IMG/VR virus record: IMGVR_UViG_3300018079_000001
Span: 1-64,000 of that record
Source of the DNA: a virus
Reading direction: 5' to 3' (one strand)
DNA length: 64,000 nt
Below the pieces are notes generated by a model, which had not been told where the DNA came from, made no database searches, and was given only the letters and a program-made list of their open reading frames with translations. The first letter of the stretch is position 1. Each line of letters opens with the position of its first letter. Shown piece by piece: positions 28,375 through 37,934 of this stretch. The position numbers were made by a program, and so were the translations under genes.

Positions 28375-28707
28375 ATGACACGAACGTACCTGTTGCTCGA
28401 AGCGGAAGTGAACATCAGCGGCGTGAAGTTCCCCGCTGGCCCGCGAGAGTGCACGGACGATAGTTGGACGAAAATGCTCCGGGAAGCCGGGGCGACTGTC
28501 CTGACCGAGACGCAGTACAACGAAATGGTCGCGGCTGCCGCCGCAACGGCGGGCGAACCTGACGCCGCGACGGCCTCAGCCGGTGACGGAGAGGCGAATG
28601 GCACGCACGACACTAACGACGGTCGAGGAGATCAAGGAACGGCTCTCGATTCCATCCGATCAAACCGACCGCGACGCAATCATCGACGTATATCGCGAAG
28701 CCGTTGA
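28375..28707 (+). CDS. Small head-module hypothetical protein
   Basis: RBS GAGGAGG; 3' end overlaps the adaptor gene. Confidence 0.5.
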   Translation: MTRTYLLLEAEVNISGVKFPAGPRECTDDSWTKMLREAGATVLTETQYNEMVAAAAATAGEPDAATASAGDGEANGTHDTNDGRGDQGTALDSIRSNRPRRNHRRISRSR

Positions 28708-29281
28708 AGAGTCCATTCTTGCCCTGACGGGTTTTACGTTCGTCGGTGGGCAGAAGATAGACACTCTCAATGACTGGCAGCGTGGCACAGTGCGGTTTTC
28801 CAAATACCGCCCGGTCCTAACGCTCGACAACGTCGAGGGGCGTGTGCTCGGCACGACGGCCACGTTCAATCAACTGCTCGGAGACGTGAAGGACTCCTTC
28901 AAGGGGCGTGTTCTCCTGGTAGGCTACTTGAATGCGTTCTATGATCCTCGCGCCGGCTATGGTGCGGCGTACGGTGGCGGCACCTGGGAGAATTGGTTCA
29001 AGTGGCGTGAGTACACCTGGCCGTTCATCCGGATAACCTACACCGTTGACCCTCTTGGCTCGGACACGAACCCTATCCCGAGGGCACTGATCGTAGCGGC
29101 TCTTGAGTCCGTGGCAGCTATCATGATCCGTCCGGCTGGCTCGGGTTCTCTCACGAGCGTATCCATCGAGAGTGTGTCGGAGAGTTACGGCCAGGGCATA
29201 AAGCCCGGGGCTTTGCTTGCACCCGCTGCGCACGCGCTGCTCGCGCGATACTTGCGCGGCTCAGTCATCATGCAGACGTAA
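28598..29281 (+). CDS. Head-tail adaptor (gp6/gp15-like)
   Basis: LTTVEEIKERL, IRITYT, IPRAL..AALE, SVSIESVSESY, LLARY. Confidence 0.75.
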   Translation: MARTTLTTVEEIKERLSIPSDQTDRDAIIDVYREAVEESILALTGFTFVGGQKIDTLNDWQRGTVRFSKYRPVLTLDNVEGRVLGTTATFNQLLGDVKDSFKGRVLLVGYLNAFYDPRAGYGAAYGGGTWENWFKWREYTWPFIRITYTVDPLGSDTNPIPRALIVAALESVAAIMIRPAGSGSLTSVSIESVSESYGQGIKPGALLAPAAHALLARYLRGSVIMQT

Positions 29282-29295
29282 TAGGAGAGACGACG

Positions 29296-30045
29296 ATGAT
29301 TCTGTACCAAAAGACAAAACTGGTTCCGGCTGCGGGCAACGTGGACTTCATCGTGGCCGTTGACGGTAAGGCCCCGCTCACGTTGATGTTGGCGAACGTG
29401 GACATGAAGGCCGCGCTCGTGATGCGGGAGGGCGGCACGGACGTGGGCGACAACACTGTCGCTACGCGAGCCGTGTCGTACGTCACGCAACGTGCTGGCA
29501 AGAATGCGTGCTTGCTGTTCGAGAACGTGCCGGGTGGCGCGGCGGCTGCTGTAAAGACGCTCGCGATTACCTTGGCGGCGAACCAGGCGTTCAGCATCGT
29601 GGACCTGACAAGCGATGACTGGAAAATCAACCTGGCGTGTGGTGCGGACGGTCAAACGACACAGACGGCCTCGCAAGTTCTGAAGGCGATCGAGAACGAT
29701 GTGACCGTGGATGGCCTGGCGTTCAAAGCGGCGATCAACACGACGCTGGCTCCTGGCTCAGATGGTTCGGCTCAGATGCTCTCACTCGACGGCTCGACGA
29801 CTCGGGTCATTGCGGATGCTACGGCCCTTCTCGGCGGGTCTGACTCGACGACGACTGGCACTACGACTATCTCGGTTGGCCCCGGCACGGACGGACCGTG
29901 GGTTGCGATCACCAACACGGACCTGAACGCGGTGGCAAACGATACGATGAAGACAACCACGCTGACGACTCCTAATCCGGCGATCAAGGTGAACGCCGCC
30001 ATCGCGGCCACGGGCACCTGGGTGACGCTGACTGTCGCAGGGTAA
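29296..30045 (+). CDS. Virion structural protein with sheath-like inserted domain
   Basis: INLA.GADG....TASQV..AI...GSDGS...LLGGSD. Confidence 0.5.
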   Translation: MILYQKTKLVPAAGNVDFIVAVDGKAPLTLMLANVDMKAALVMREGGTDVGDNTVATRAVSYVTQRAGKNACLLFENVPGGAAAAVKTLAITLAANQAFSIVDLTSDDWKINLACGADGQTTQTASQVLKAIENDVTVDGLAFKAAINTTLAPGSDGSAQMLSLDGSTTRVIADATALLGGSDSTTTGTTTISVGPGTDGPWVAITNTDLNAVANDTMKTTTLTTPNPAIKVNAAIAATGTWVTLTVAG

Positions 30046-30046
30046 C

Positions 30047-30337
30047 ATGGCTCCGATCGTTGAGAACATGGTAAACCGCCCGACTCGGGCGGTGGCAAGT
30101 GCGTTCAAGACGACATGGATCGACCACGACACGGGACAGTTCTCGCTCCTGCGGTTCATTCCTGTCGTGACGTGTGCGTTCCTGTCGTATGCGTTCGCGA
30201 AGAACAGTCTGAAGTTCGATCTGGCGTGGGACGACTACATGGGCTACGCGCTGTCGATGGCGTCAGCGTCGAGCCCGGCACTTATGGGCAAGTGGCTGGC
30301 ACTGAAGTTTGGGAAACCGGCCGAAGAGGCGAAGTAA
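30047..30337 (+). CDS. Holin-like membrane protein
   Basis: D..TGQFSLLR plus two hydrophobic segments; upstream of the spanins. Confidence 0.5.
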   Translation: MAPIVENMVNRPTRAVASAFKTTWIDHDTGQFSLLRFIPVVTCAFLSYAFAKNSLKFDLAWDDYMGYALSMASASSPALMGKWLALKFGKPAEEAK

Positions 30338-30358
30338 GCCAGAAAAAGGAGAATGACA

Positions 30359-30502
30359 ATGAGTTACGCGTGGGCTGTGTGGGCTTGGGTTCTTTCCGGT
30401 GGTCTGCATCTCTTCGTTGGCGGCTACCTCGGATATCGGTTCGGACCGACCATCGAGCCGTACATCATGAAAGCACTCGGCTGGCTGAAGGCACGGGCGT
30501 GA
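30359..30502 (+). CDS. Small membrane protein (47 aa)
   Basis: RBS AAGGAG; MSYAWAVWAWVLSGGLHLFVGGYLGY; GTGA overlap with the next gene. Confidence 0.5.
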   Translation: MSYAWAVWAWVLSGGLHLFVGGYLGYRFGPTIEPYIMKALGWLKARA

Positions 30503-30942
30503 GCCTTCGCCGTATCCTGGGCGACGAGCGGGGCTTCTTCCCGCTCGTCATGCCTGCTGTAAGCCTGCTCTCGAAGCCGATTGTGTGGGTGTCGATTGCC
30601 CTCGTCGTCTCCGTGGGGGCAAACTACATTCTGTACAAGTCTTGGCAGGGTGAGGTTCGCCGCTCGGGCGCCTACGTCGAGCAGAGGGACCAAGCCATCG
30701 AAGCAGGGAAGCTGTGCTCGGAGGGAGTCGAGAGGTTGCGCAAAGCGGGGGATGCTCGTGCCAAAGAGGCCGCACGAGAGCTAGCGCGGGCGCGCGATGC
30801 TGCTCGACGCGCCGAGGCACGAGCCCTCGAAACGCTCGGGACCGCGCCTACGGTTCCGGGCGACCTTTGCGCCAGTGCTGCTGTGCTAAATCAGCGCAAG
30901 CTGAAAGAGCGCGCGGCAGTACGGGAAGGGGTGCCTCGGTGA
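30499..30942 (+). CDS. Inner-membrane spanin (Rz-like)
   Basis: N-terminal TM, Ala/Arg coiled coil, Cys residues; adjacent lipoprotein. Confidence 0.7.
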   Translation: MSLRRILGDERGFFPLVMPAVSLLSKPIVWVSIALVVSVGANYILYKSWQGEVRRSGAYVEQRDQAIEAGKLCSEGVERLRKAGDARAKEAARELARARDAARRAEARALETLGTAPTVPGDLCASAAVLNQRKLKERAAVREGVPR

Positions 30943-31202
30943 TCTCGAAGCCTCTCGTGTGGTTGTATGTGTTCGTGCTGCTCAGCCTATCGGGCTGTGC
31001 GATGTTTGCTCGCACGAACATCGTTGAAGTTCCGGTGCCGGTGCCGTGCATCGTGCCAGACATACCACGCCCGGCATTCGCCATTGACGGCGTATCGCCA
31101 GAGGCGGACTTGTTCGTAGTGGCGCGGGCGTTGTGGGCAACGGTCGAGCAATGGGAAGCGTACGAGATTCAACTACAGGCGGCCATCGCTGCCTGCAAGT
31201 GA
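30939..31202 (+). CDS. Outer-membrane lipoprotein spanin (Rz1-like)
   Basis: Lipobox LSGC, VEVPVPVPC, C-terminal AACK. Confidence 0.8.
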   Translation: MISKPLVWLYVFVLLSLSGCAMFARTNIVEVPVPVPCIVPDIPRPAFAIDGVSPEADLFVVARALWATVEQWEAYEIQLQAAIAACK

Positions 31203-31208
31203 GGCGGC

Positions 31209-31577
31209 ATGATCGGCGAGGCGTATCGGCGGTTTCTCTGGCATCGAGTCACGGTCAAGCGCAACACGACCGTGCAGTCTGACACTGGCGTCTCGAAGTA
31301 CGTCTACTCCGATCTGTACACGAATGTCCCTTGCAATGTCCAAGACGGCGGTGGACGCCTGAAGGTGGACGAGCAGGGCAATACGACGGGCAAGAAGGTG
31401 TCGGTCCTCTTCGCCCGCGAGTGGTCGAGCAAGCTGCAACACAACGATCTTCTTGTGATCAACGGCGAAACCTACCGAATCACGCACGCACACGACAGTT
31501 GGTACTATGGACAGCACCATGTCGAAGTGCTCGTCGAAGTCTACACGCCAGCCGGAGACATGGGGAGCGCAGCCTGA
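31209..31577 (+). CDS. Head closure (stopper) protein
   Basis: VTVKR, NVPCNVQ, D.LVING.TYRI, HHVEV. Confidence 0.75.
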   Translation: MIGEAYRRFLWHRVTVKRNTTVQSDTGVSKYVYSDLYTNVPCNVQDGGGRLKVDEQGNTTGKKVSVLFAREWSSKLQHNDLLVINGETYRITHAHDSWYYGQHHVEVLVEVYTPAGDMGSAA

Positions 31578-32059
31578 TGGCAACCGAGGGCATGAAGGTC
31601 GTGTGGAACGGCCAGCTAGTGAAGCAGATCGTCGAGAAGAAGATGCCCCGTTTCATGACGGCGATCGGCACGACGTACACGAACATGGTCAAGCAGGATA
31701 TACGAAATTCTCCACGTGGCGGTCAGAATGAGAACGTGCGGGGACAGAAGCGATCCGCACCAGGCGAACCACCAGCCCCCGAATTCGGTGACTTGATCAA
31801 GAGTGTGCGCTTCCAGGTGCGCCACACAACTAGCGGTTGGATTGTCGAGTGCGGCTCGACACTGCGCAAGGCGGTGTATCTTGAGTTTGGTGCCGCCCGT
31901 GGGCGTGTCATGCAAGCACGCGATGTATCCGGGAAGTTCATCAAGGCGAAGACGATGTCCTGGATTCTATACCCGCGTCCGGTGTGGGGGCCGGCAATGA
32001 TGCGGCTTCGCTCGAAGATGCCCGAGATCGTCAAGCGGTACATCGGTGGGAGGAACTGA
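31577..32059 (+). CDS. HK97 gp10-like tail completion protein
   Basis: RSAPGEPPA..GDL.KS, YLEFG, PRP...PA. Confidence 0.75.
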   Translation: MATEGMKVVWNGQLVKQIVEKKMPRFMTAIGTTYTNMVKQDIRNSPRGGQNENVRGQKRSAPGEPPAPEFGDLIKSVRFQVRHTTSGWIVECGSTLRKAVYLEFGAARGRVMQARDVSGKFIKAKTMSWILYPRPVWGPAMMRLRSKMPEIVKRYIGGRN

Positions 32060-32490
32060 TGGCGGACCTTAGATCGGCACTGCGCAAAGCGATCATGACG
32101 AAGCTGACGGCGGATGCTACACTGAAGGCATTCTTCCCGTCAGGGACAGTGAACATCAGCTATCGGCCGACCCGCATGCCGCTCACGCTGCCTCGGATCA
32201 CGATGTTTGACTTTGGCGACCGAGGCGACGAAACCACTCCTCTGTGGGACCGAAATCATCAACTGGACGTGTGGGATGCGGACCTGGACAAGTGCGAAGC
32301 GATGGGGCAACGGATTGTGGAGTTGCTCGATCATCAGGGCTTGACCTTGGCCGAGGACGAGGGGCTGGCGGCCCGTGTGCATGTGATCAGCGATCTGGAC
32401 GCCACACAAGAGGACGCCGACCTGGCGCGCAAGACGCTTCGGGTGCGCATCCTTGCGTACGACTACGTGACCCCGTATGCGAACAACTGA
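32059..32490 (+). CDS. Tail terminator protein
   Basis: L.ADATL, QLDVW; position before the tail tube. Confidence 0.7.
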   Translation: MADLRSALRKAIMTKLTADATLKAFFPSGTVNISYRPTRMPLTLPRITMFDFGDRGDETTPLWDRNHQLDVWDADLDKCEAMGQRIVELLDHQGLTLAEDEGLAARVHVISDLDATQEDADLARKTLRVRILAYDYVTPYANN

Positions 32491-32535
32491 CCCCTACAGT
32501 GCGCCGCTCAAGGGGCTAGTGTAAGTGCTGGTCTA

Positions 32536-32553
32536 GTGGTAAAATAAAAGAGT
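32536..32553 (+). promoter_or_regulatory. Promoter motif A copy 5, upstream of the tail tube
   Basis: Exact GTGGTAAAATAAAAGAGT. Confidence 0.8.
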
Positions 32554-32631
32554 AGCGAACTGAACGTAACCTGCCCGGACAAGTAGTGCCGCGCGAGCAC
32601 CAGTGCCAGGCCAACAGGGAGAAACAAGGCA

Positions 32632-33531
32632 ATGGCGAAGAACGCGAGACTCTTGGAACTTGGGCCGGCGAACATCTACCTCTACCTCCGGCCGCGAGCC
32701 TTCCTTCTGATCCGCAATGCGGCTCCCGCTGCGAACAGCGACGTATACGTGCAGGCGTACAAGGGCGGCAACCTCTTGCCTGATCGGCCAGGCAACAGCA
32801 TCCGCGTTGCGTTCACGAATGACGGTGTGAACATCCCACTCTCTGTCAGCGTGGCGACGTTCGACATCACTGTTCACCTGGCGACGAATGGCGGCGGTAC
32901 GATCACTTCGACGGCCGACAATGTCATCGCGGCTCTGACCAATTCCGGACAAGCGCGTGGCCTAATTACGGCGGCACGAGGTGTTGGCGGCTCCGGCTCG
33001 GCGGTGGTCGAGGCGCATGCTCTCACCAATCTCGCAGGCGGTAGTGAGACTGGCGTGGCGACGGACGTAGGTTTCCTCGGTGACGCCGTGGCCTACCAAG
33101 TGACAACGGAAGCTGCGAACCTCACGGGTGCTCAGGCAGGCAACGTGCCACTGAACAAGGTCATCATCGGTGGTATGTGCAAGGTAGTCATCCCGTTCAA
33201 GGAAATCTCCCTCGACAACCTTCGGCTCGGTGTGCCGAGTGCACGAGTCGTCGAGAATGCGGACAAGTCCCTCCGGCGTGTTGATTTCGTAGTCGCGGTC
33301 GGTGCTGACTTGCGGTCGCTTGCTTTGAAGATGGAGATTCGGAAGATCAAGGGAGGCTTCGAGTCGTCCGAGCCGAAGGACATCATCATCATTCCCGAGA
33401 TCAGCGCAGCCGAGGGTGAAGTCAACTTCCCCTTCGCCCCGACGACTCAGCGGGAGATTCTGACCAATTGGTACGCCTGGCCGGACGACGTTACAGGTCG
33501 GTGGGCCTTCCTTGGCGACGAGCAACCATAA
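32632..33531 (+). CDS. Major tail tube protein with inserted sheath-like domain
   Basis: LELGPANIY ... DVGFLG, PFKEISLDNL, YAWPD tube pattern, interrupted by a TNLAGGS-type domain. Confidence 0.7.
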   Translation: MAKNARLLELGPANIYLYLRPRAFLLIRNAAPAANSDVYVQAYKGGNLLPDRPGNSIRVAFTNDGVNIPLSVSVATFDITVHLATNGGGTITSTADNVIAALTNSGQARGLITAARGVGGSGSAVVEAHALTNLAGGSETGVATDVGFLGDAVAYQVTTEAANLTGAQAGNVPLNKVIIGGMCKVVIPFKEISLDNLRLGVPSARVVENADKSLRRVDFVVAVGADLRSLALKMEIRKIKGGFESSEPKDIIIIPEISAAEGEVNFPFAPTTQREILTNWYAWPDDVTGRWAFLGDEQP

Positions 33532-33544
33532 GAGGGAATGACCA

Positions 33545-34066
33545 ATGAATCGGACAATCGTGGTAACTTCGGCTCGTAACATCGTCGGTACACTCGTCGC
33601 ACCCGGCACTTATGTGGTGGACCGGAAGTGGGGCGAGATTCTGTTGCAGCACGGTGGTGTCGAGGTTGTCGCGGCGGTCGCGGCCACCAAGACATCGTCT
33701 GAGGCGGCCGGCGTGAATGCGCGGGTTACATACACCGCTGACGCTGCGGGTAAGGCTGGCGACTCCATCTTCATCAAGGTGGTAGATGGCGTTGCGCTGT
33801 CGATTTTGGTGATCGGAAAATCCATTCAGGTTACTGTCAACGCTGGCGTGAGCACGGCGGCTCAAGTCGTCACCGCTGTGAACGCTGACGGCGGTGCGGC
33901 GGCTCTCGTCACGGCTGTGGCGGCAGGTGATGGTACGGGCTTCCCAACTGCTGCGGGACAGCCAGGGTTTCTGGCGGGTGGTTCGGATGCAACAGATGGA
34001 CACCCTCCGGTTGAATACGTGGCCGGTTATGGTTGGCGTTTCACTGGCGATCCACTGGTTCCCTAA
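33545..34066 (+). CDS. Structural protein with sheath-like domain
   Basis: VTYTADAAG.AG.SI...STAAQVVTAVNAD...FLAGGSD. Confidence 0.5.
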   Translation: MNRTIVVTSARNIVGTLVAPGTYVVDRKWGEILLQHGGVEVVAAVAATKTSSEAAGVNARVTYTADAAGKAGDSIFIKVVDGVALSILVIGKSIQVTVNAGVSTAAQVVTAVNADGGAAALVTAVAAGDGTGFPTAAGQPGFLAGGSDATDGHPPVEYVAGYGWRFTGDPLVP

Positions 34067-34106
34067 TCCCATAAACCCCTAGCGAATTAGGGGAAAGGAA
34101 AAGACA

Positions 34107-34481
34107 ATGGCTGAGACACAGGCAGGTTTCGGATATGCGGCGTCGCCAGCGGTGTACGAAGAGACGGCTCTTCTGAACGCGAAGCAGCAGGCGAAGAGCG
34201 GCGCATTCAAGCAGTACAACATCGACATCGACAACCAGTCGAACGCGATCGTGTACGTGAAAGCGTACTTCAAGTCGGCGGGCGATGTGATCGTGGGCAC
34301 CACGGCTCCGGACGAGATTTACGCGGTGCCGACACTCACACGGATCAACGAAGTGTGCGTGGCGGCGGTTGACGTGGAATTGCCGACAGGGCTCACGCTC
34401 GCGGCGGTCACGACACCCGGCACGGCGGGCGTAACTTCACCTGCGGCCGGCAACGTGGCCGTTCGCGTGACCTTCGAGTAA
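34107..34481 (+). CDS. Small beta-sandwich structural protein (paralog of 34494)
   Basis: YVKAYF...V.VGTTAPD. Confidence 0.55.
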   Translation: MAETQAGFGYAASPAVYEETALLNAKQQAKSGAFKQYNIDIDNQSNAIVYVKAYFKSAGDVIVGTTAPDEIYAVPTLTRINEVCVAAVDVELPTGLTLAAVTTPGTAGVTSPAAGNVAVRVTFE

Positions 34482-34493
34482 AGGGGAAAAATC

Positions 34494-34862
34494 ATGGCTC
34501 AGTCACTCATCAATCTTGCATTCAGTGCGTCGAAGGTGTGGGGCGAAACCGCTCTTGGCTCGACGGTCAAAGAAGTGAAGGCGACTTCCCCCACGGTGAA
34601 GGCGATCGAGGTTGTCAACACGGGAAACCAAGGCGTGTACGTGAAAGGATGGTTCGCTTTGGCGGTGAACGTCACCCTCGGGACGACGGCTCCCGACATC
34701 TCCAGGTTTGTGCCAGCGCTTAAGACGCGTCGCTTCCTGATCCCTGGTGCGGGTCTTGTGTGTCCTACGGCTCTTTCGGTCGCGTGCGTAACGGATGGCG
34801 GTGGTACGGCAGGTACCACGGTTCCGACCACGCCGCCTGCGGTGAAGGTCGTCTACTCGTAA
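34494..34862 (+). CDS. Small beta-sandwich structural protein (paralog of 34107)
   Basis: YVKGWF...VTLGTTAPD. Confidence 0.55.
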   Translation: MAQSLINLAFSASKVWGETALGSTVKEVKATSPTVKAIEVVNTGNQGVYVKGWFALAVNVTLGTTAPDISRFVPALKTRRFLIPGAGLVCPTALSVACVTDGGGTAGTTVPTTPPAVKVVYS

Positions 34863-34989
34863 TCACAAGGTTCGGGCGGACCTACGAACCGCCCTCGGCT
34901 GTCAGCGGAGAAACCCTCCGCATCCGACAACACGACAGCCCCGAGACAGCGGGGCTGTAACCACCCAAGCGAGGCACAGGAGGCCCAAC

Positions 34990-35442
34990 ATGGCAAGCGA
35001 CAAAAACGGCATCAGCAAACGAAACGACGGCGCGTGGGAGATGGACACGGCGGCGTTTATCCCCGAGCCACAAGGCTACATCAAGATCAGAAGCGAGGAG
35101 TACCCCATTTTCTCGTTTCTCGACATTCCTGTCGAGGACAGCCTGCGCGTAGTCAAACTGAGCGAGGAAGTCGAAGACGCACCCAACTACGACGCCCGAA
35201 TGAAACGCTCAATCGAGCACCTGATCGCGTTGAATGCTGGACCGGACGTGGGCCGCGATAAGCGCAAGCTGCTCAAGACTGAAGACCTAAAGGGGCTCAC
35301 GGCGCGGCAGATCATCGGACTGGTGGTTATGGCGAGCACCATCGCGGCGGTCCCTCAGAAGGCCGACGAGAGCGGGAGCGAGACAGCGTCTCCCTCCTCT
35401 GTGCCCGCGTCGGCCGTTTCTACGGTTGGGACCCCCGTGTAA
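34990..35442 (+). CDS. Tail assembly chaperone (gpG-like)
   Basis: Position before the tape measure; Ser/Ala tail overlapping an open -1 frame. Confidence 0.75.
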   Translation: MASDKNGISKRNDGAWEMDTAAFIPEPQGYIKIRSEEYPIFSFLDIPVEDSLRVVKLSEEVEDAPNYDARMKRSIEHLIALNAGPDVGRDKRKLLKTEDLKGLTARQIIGLVVMASTIAAVPQKADESGSETASPSSVPASAVSTVGTPV

Positions 35443-35681
35443 TACTGCGGATGACGCTCAGACAACTTAGCGTGTGGTTGAATCACATTCCCGTGATCAT
35501 GGCGAGGGAGGCTATTTCGGCGTCGTTGGTCGCGTCCATGCCGTACATGGACGAAGATATGCGTGGTGAAGTGATGCGCTCGTGGCAGGGCACTGCCGGG
35601 CAGGACGTGACGGCGGGTGTACCGGAGCGGCAGTCGTTCGAGGATTTCGTGCGAAGTGACATGAGAGAAAGGATCGTGTAA
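35352..35681 (+). CDS. gpT-like -1 frameshift extension of the tail assembly chaperone
   Basis: -1 frame reads GRRERERDSVSLLCARVGRFYGWDPRVILRMTLRQLSVW, a typical gpT motif. Confidence 0.7.
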   Translation, partial: PSEGRRERERDSVSLLCARVGRFYGWDPRVILRMTLRQLSVWLNHIPVIMAREAISASLVASMPYMDEDMRGEVMRSWQGTAGQDVTAGVPERQSFEDFVRSDMRERIV

Positions 35682-37934
35682 GTGGCCGGCGAAAACGACG
35701 TGTTCACAGTCCTTGGAAAAGTAGGAGTCGATCAGAAAGCGCTCGACGCTGAACTGGCGACGACTGAAGCCAAGGTCCGTGCGTCTGCCAATCGGCAAGG
35801 GGCGACCTGGAAGCAGGCGAGCGAGCAAGCTGTCAAGATATTCACGAAGCCTGGTAGTGTGCAAGGACTCGCCAGTTCCAAGGAAGGTCAATGGTGGTCT
35901 GATCCCAACATGGCAGGCTTCGCCGACAAGGCGGCGGGGAGCCTCGACAAGCTGAGCAAGGCGTCGGGGGGGAGTCTTCAGAGTCTACGTTTGATGGGGA
36001 ACGTCGTCAGTGCCCTAATTCCAGGCATGGGCGGCGTAGCTGTTCAGGCGACGCAGATGGCACTGCGATTCGGCGTCATGGCGGCGGCGGGATTCGCAGC
36101 CATTCAAGTGTTCCAAATGATCACGGAATCTGCCGAGAAGCTGGCCGAGGAACAGGCCGAGCTAAACAGGATGATCGAATCGGCCGACCTGGAAGGACTC
36201 AGTGCGAAGTTCGTGCAAGCGTCGGCTGCTGCGGACAGAGCGAAAACCAGTTGGAGTGGCGCGTTCATCAATTTGATCGGCGGCATCGACTCCGCGACGG
36301 TCAAGGCAAACATCCTGGCTGAGGAGATGCGCAAAGCGTTTGAAGGTCCGATTCCTGCGATGAACCGGCAGCAAGATATTTTCAAGATCACGAACGCTGC
36401 CGCGCAGGATGCTGCTCGTTACAATCTGTCGCTCGCACAATCGGTGAGGGAGGTTGACAAGGCTCAGCAAGACCTGAACAAGGCGCGGCGGGATGGCTTG
36501 GCTCAGGACATTGCAATCGAAAAGGTGAACCTGATCGCAAGTAAACAGTACCAGTTCAATGCAGCTTCCGTTGCTGGTCGTATAGTGAACGAGAGACTGC
36601 TACAGCAGGTCGAGGCGAAAGGGGCAGCACAACGGAAGGTTCTGGCTGAACAGGAAAATCGTGATGATGCGGCGAACGATCAGAAAAAGGCGCAGATGCG
36701 GGCTCGGCGGCTCGACGCGGAAATCGCCCGCATCGGGTTCGAGAAGGCCGCCATTACCGCATCGAACGCAACGGCAACGGCAGAGATCGAAAGCAAACGC
36801 GCTCTGGCCGTAGCCGAAGCGAGATTCAACGGTGAAAGGATTCAGGGCACCGAAGAGTATCTGAAGGCGAAGAAGGAATCGGCGGACAAGGAAGTCGATC
36901 TTGAGAAACGTGCGGCCGAGCAGTCCTTCGCCATCAAGAAACAAAAGCTGCAAACGCTGATCGCAGGCGGGGTCAATGTCGCGCAGTATCGGGAGGAACT
37001 GGACACTCTGGCGAAAGAAGAGGAGTCGGTCTACGCGGGGCTCGCTGAGAAAAAGAAGCAAATCACCATTCGCTCGAATCAGGAGGAGATCGAAGCAGCG
37101 AGGGCCGCTACCGCTGAGAAGATCGCGCTCGCGGACAAGGCGTTCAACTTCAGTGTTGCGTTGGGGCAGAAGTCGTTCAACGCTGAAATTGCGCAGGCGC
37201 AGGATGCGGCAAGGGACATCGGACGCAGTGTTGACGATCGAAATGCTGCTGAACTTCGTGGCATCAGCCTAGCCAAAGAAGCAACCACTGCGTACTTCGG
37301 TTTGCGAAAGGCGATGGGGCAGGAGACGATTTACGGTGAAATAACCGCACAGAAAGAGCTAAACAAGACGTACGCAGAAGGTTCGCGTGTTTTGATCGAG
37401 GGGCAAACAAAAGTTCTGAACCTGCAAAAACAAGCACGCCAAGAAGCACAGTCGGCGTATCTTGGCATCGCAGGCGAGGCGGCTGCGGAACTGCAAAAGA
37501 AGAGTCCAGGCAAAAAGGAATTCACACAATCCGAGATTGAAAAACAGGCAGACGCGATCCGTGAACGACGTGAGAAAGCCCTCAGTAAGTTTCAAGCTGG
37601 CGGAAGTGCTGTATTTGAAGACGTGGCTGCTGGTCTCAGTCAGCGAGAGACATACAGGAACCTAGACCGAAAAGGCGGACTAAGTGGCGCGTTTGATAAA
37701 GCGACATTTGAGGGTTTCAAAGAAAGCACGGATCAGTTTGGTGATTCTGTAAGTGCGTTTCGCGAAGCGGCGGAGATGGCAGCCGGGGCGATTAGAGCGA
37801 GAGCGGCATCGGACTCGGCAAAGGAATCGCCGTATCTCAAGGACCCGGCGACGCACCAGGCGAGCGAGACAACTGGACGCATGTACGACCGTGAAAGCAA
37901 ACGCGGTCCGCAATCTGGACAGTCAGTAGAATGA
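35682..37934 (+). CDS. Tape measure protein
   Basis: Ala/Glu/Lys helical composition, hydrophobic patch, follows the chaperone. Confidence 0.8.
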   Translation: MAGENDVFTVLGKVGVDQKALDAELATTEAKVRASANRQGATWKQASEQAVKIFTKPGSVQGLASSKEGQWWSDPNMAGFADKAAGSLDKLSKASGGSLQSLRLMGNVVSALIPGMGGVAVQATQMALRFGVMAAAGFAAIQVFQMITESAEKLAEEQAELNRMIESADLEGLSAKFVQASAAADRAKTSWSGAFINLIGGIDSATVKANILAEEMRKAFEGPIPAMNRQQDIFKITNAAAQDAARYNLSLAQSVREVDKAQQDLNKARRDGLAQDIAIEKVNLIASKQYQFNAASVAGRIVNERLLQQVEAKGAAQRKVLAEQENRDDAANDQKKAQMRARRLDAEIARIGFEKAAITASNATATAEIESKRALAVAEARFNGERIQGTEEYLKAKKESADKEVDLEKRAAEQSFAIKKQKLQTLIAGGVNVAQYREELDTLAKEEESVYAGLAEKKKQITIRSNQEEIEAARAATAEKIALADKAFNFSVALGQKSFNAEIAQAQDAARDIGRSVDDRNAAELRGISLAKEATTAYFGLRKAMGQETIYGEITAQKELNKTYAEGSRVLIEGQTKVLNLQKQARQEAQSAYLGIAGEAAAELQKKSPGKKEFTQSEIEKQADAIRERREKALSKFQAGGSAVFEDVAAGLSQRETYRNLDRKGGLSGAFDKATFEGFKESTDQFGDSVSAFREAAEMAAGAIRARAASDSAKESPYLKDPATHQASETTGRMYDRESKRGPQSGQSVE

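Noticed and set aside
32632-34066. Contractile tail sheath (myovirus)
   Set aside because: Only a small accessory sheath-like domain is present; no full sheath or baseplate wedge genes were recognised.
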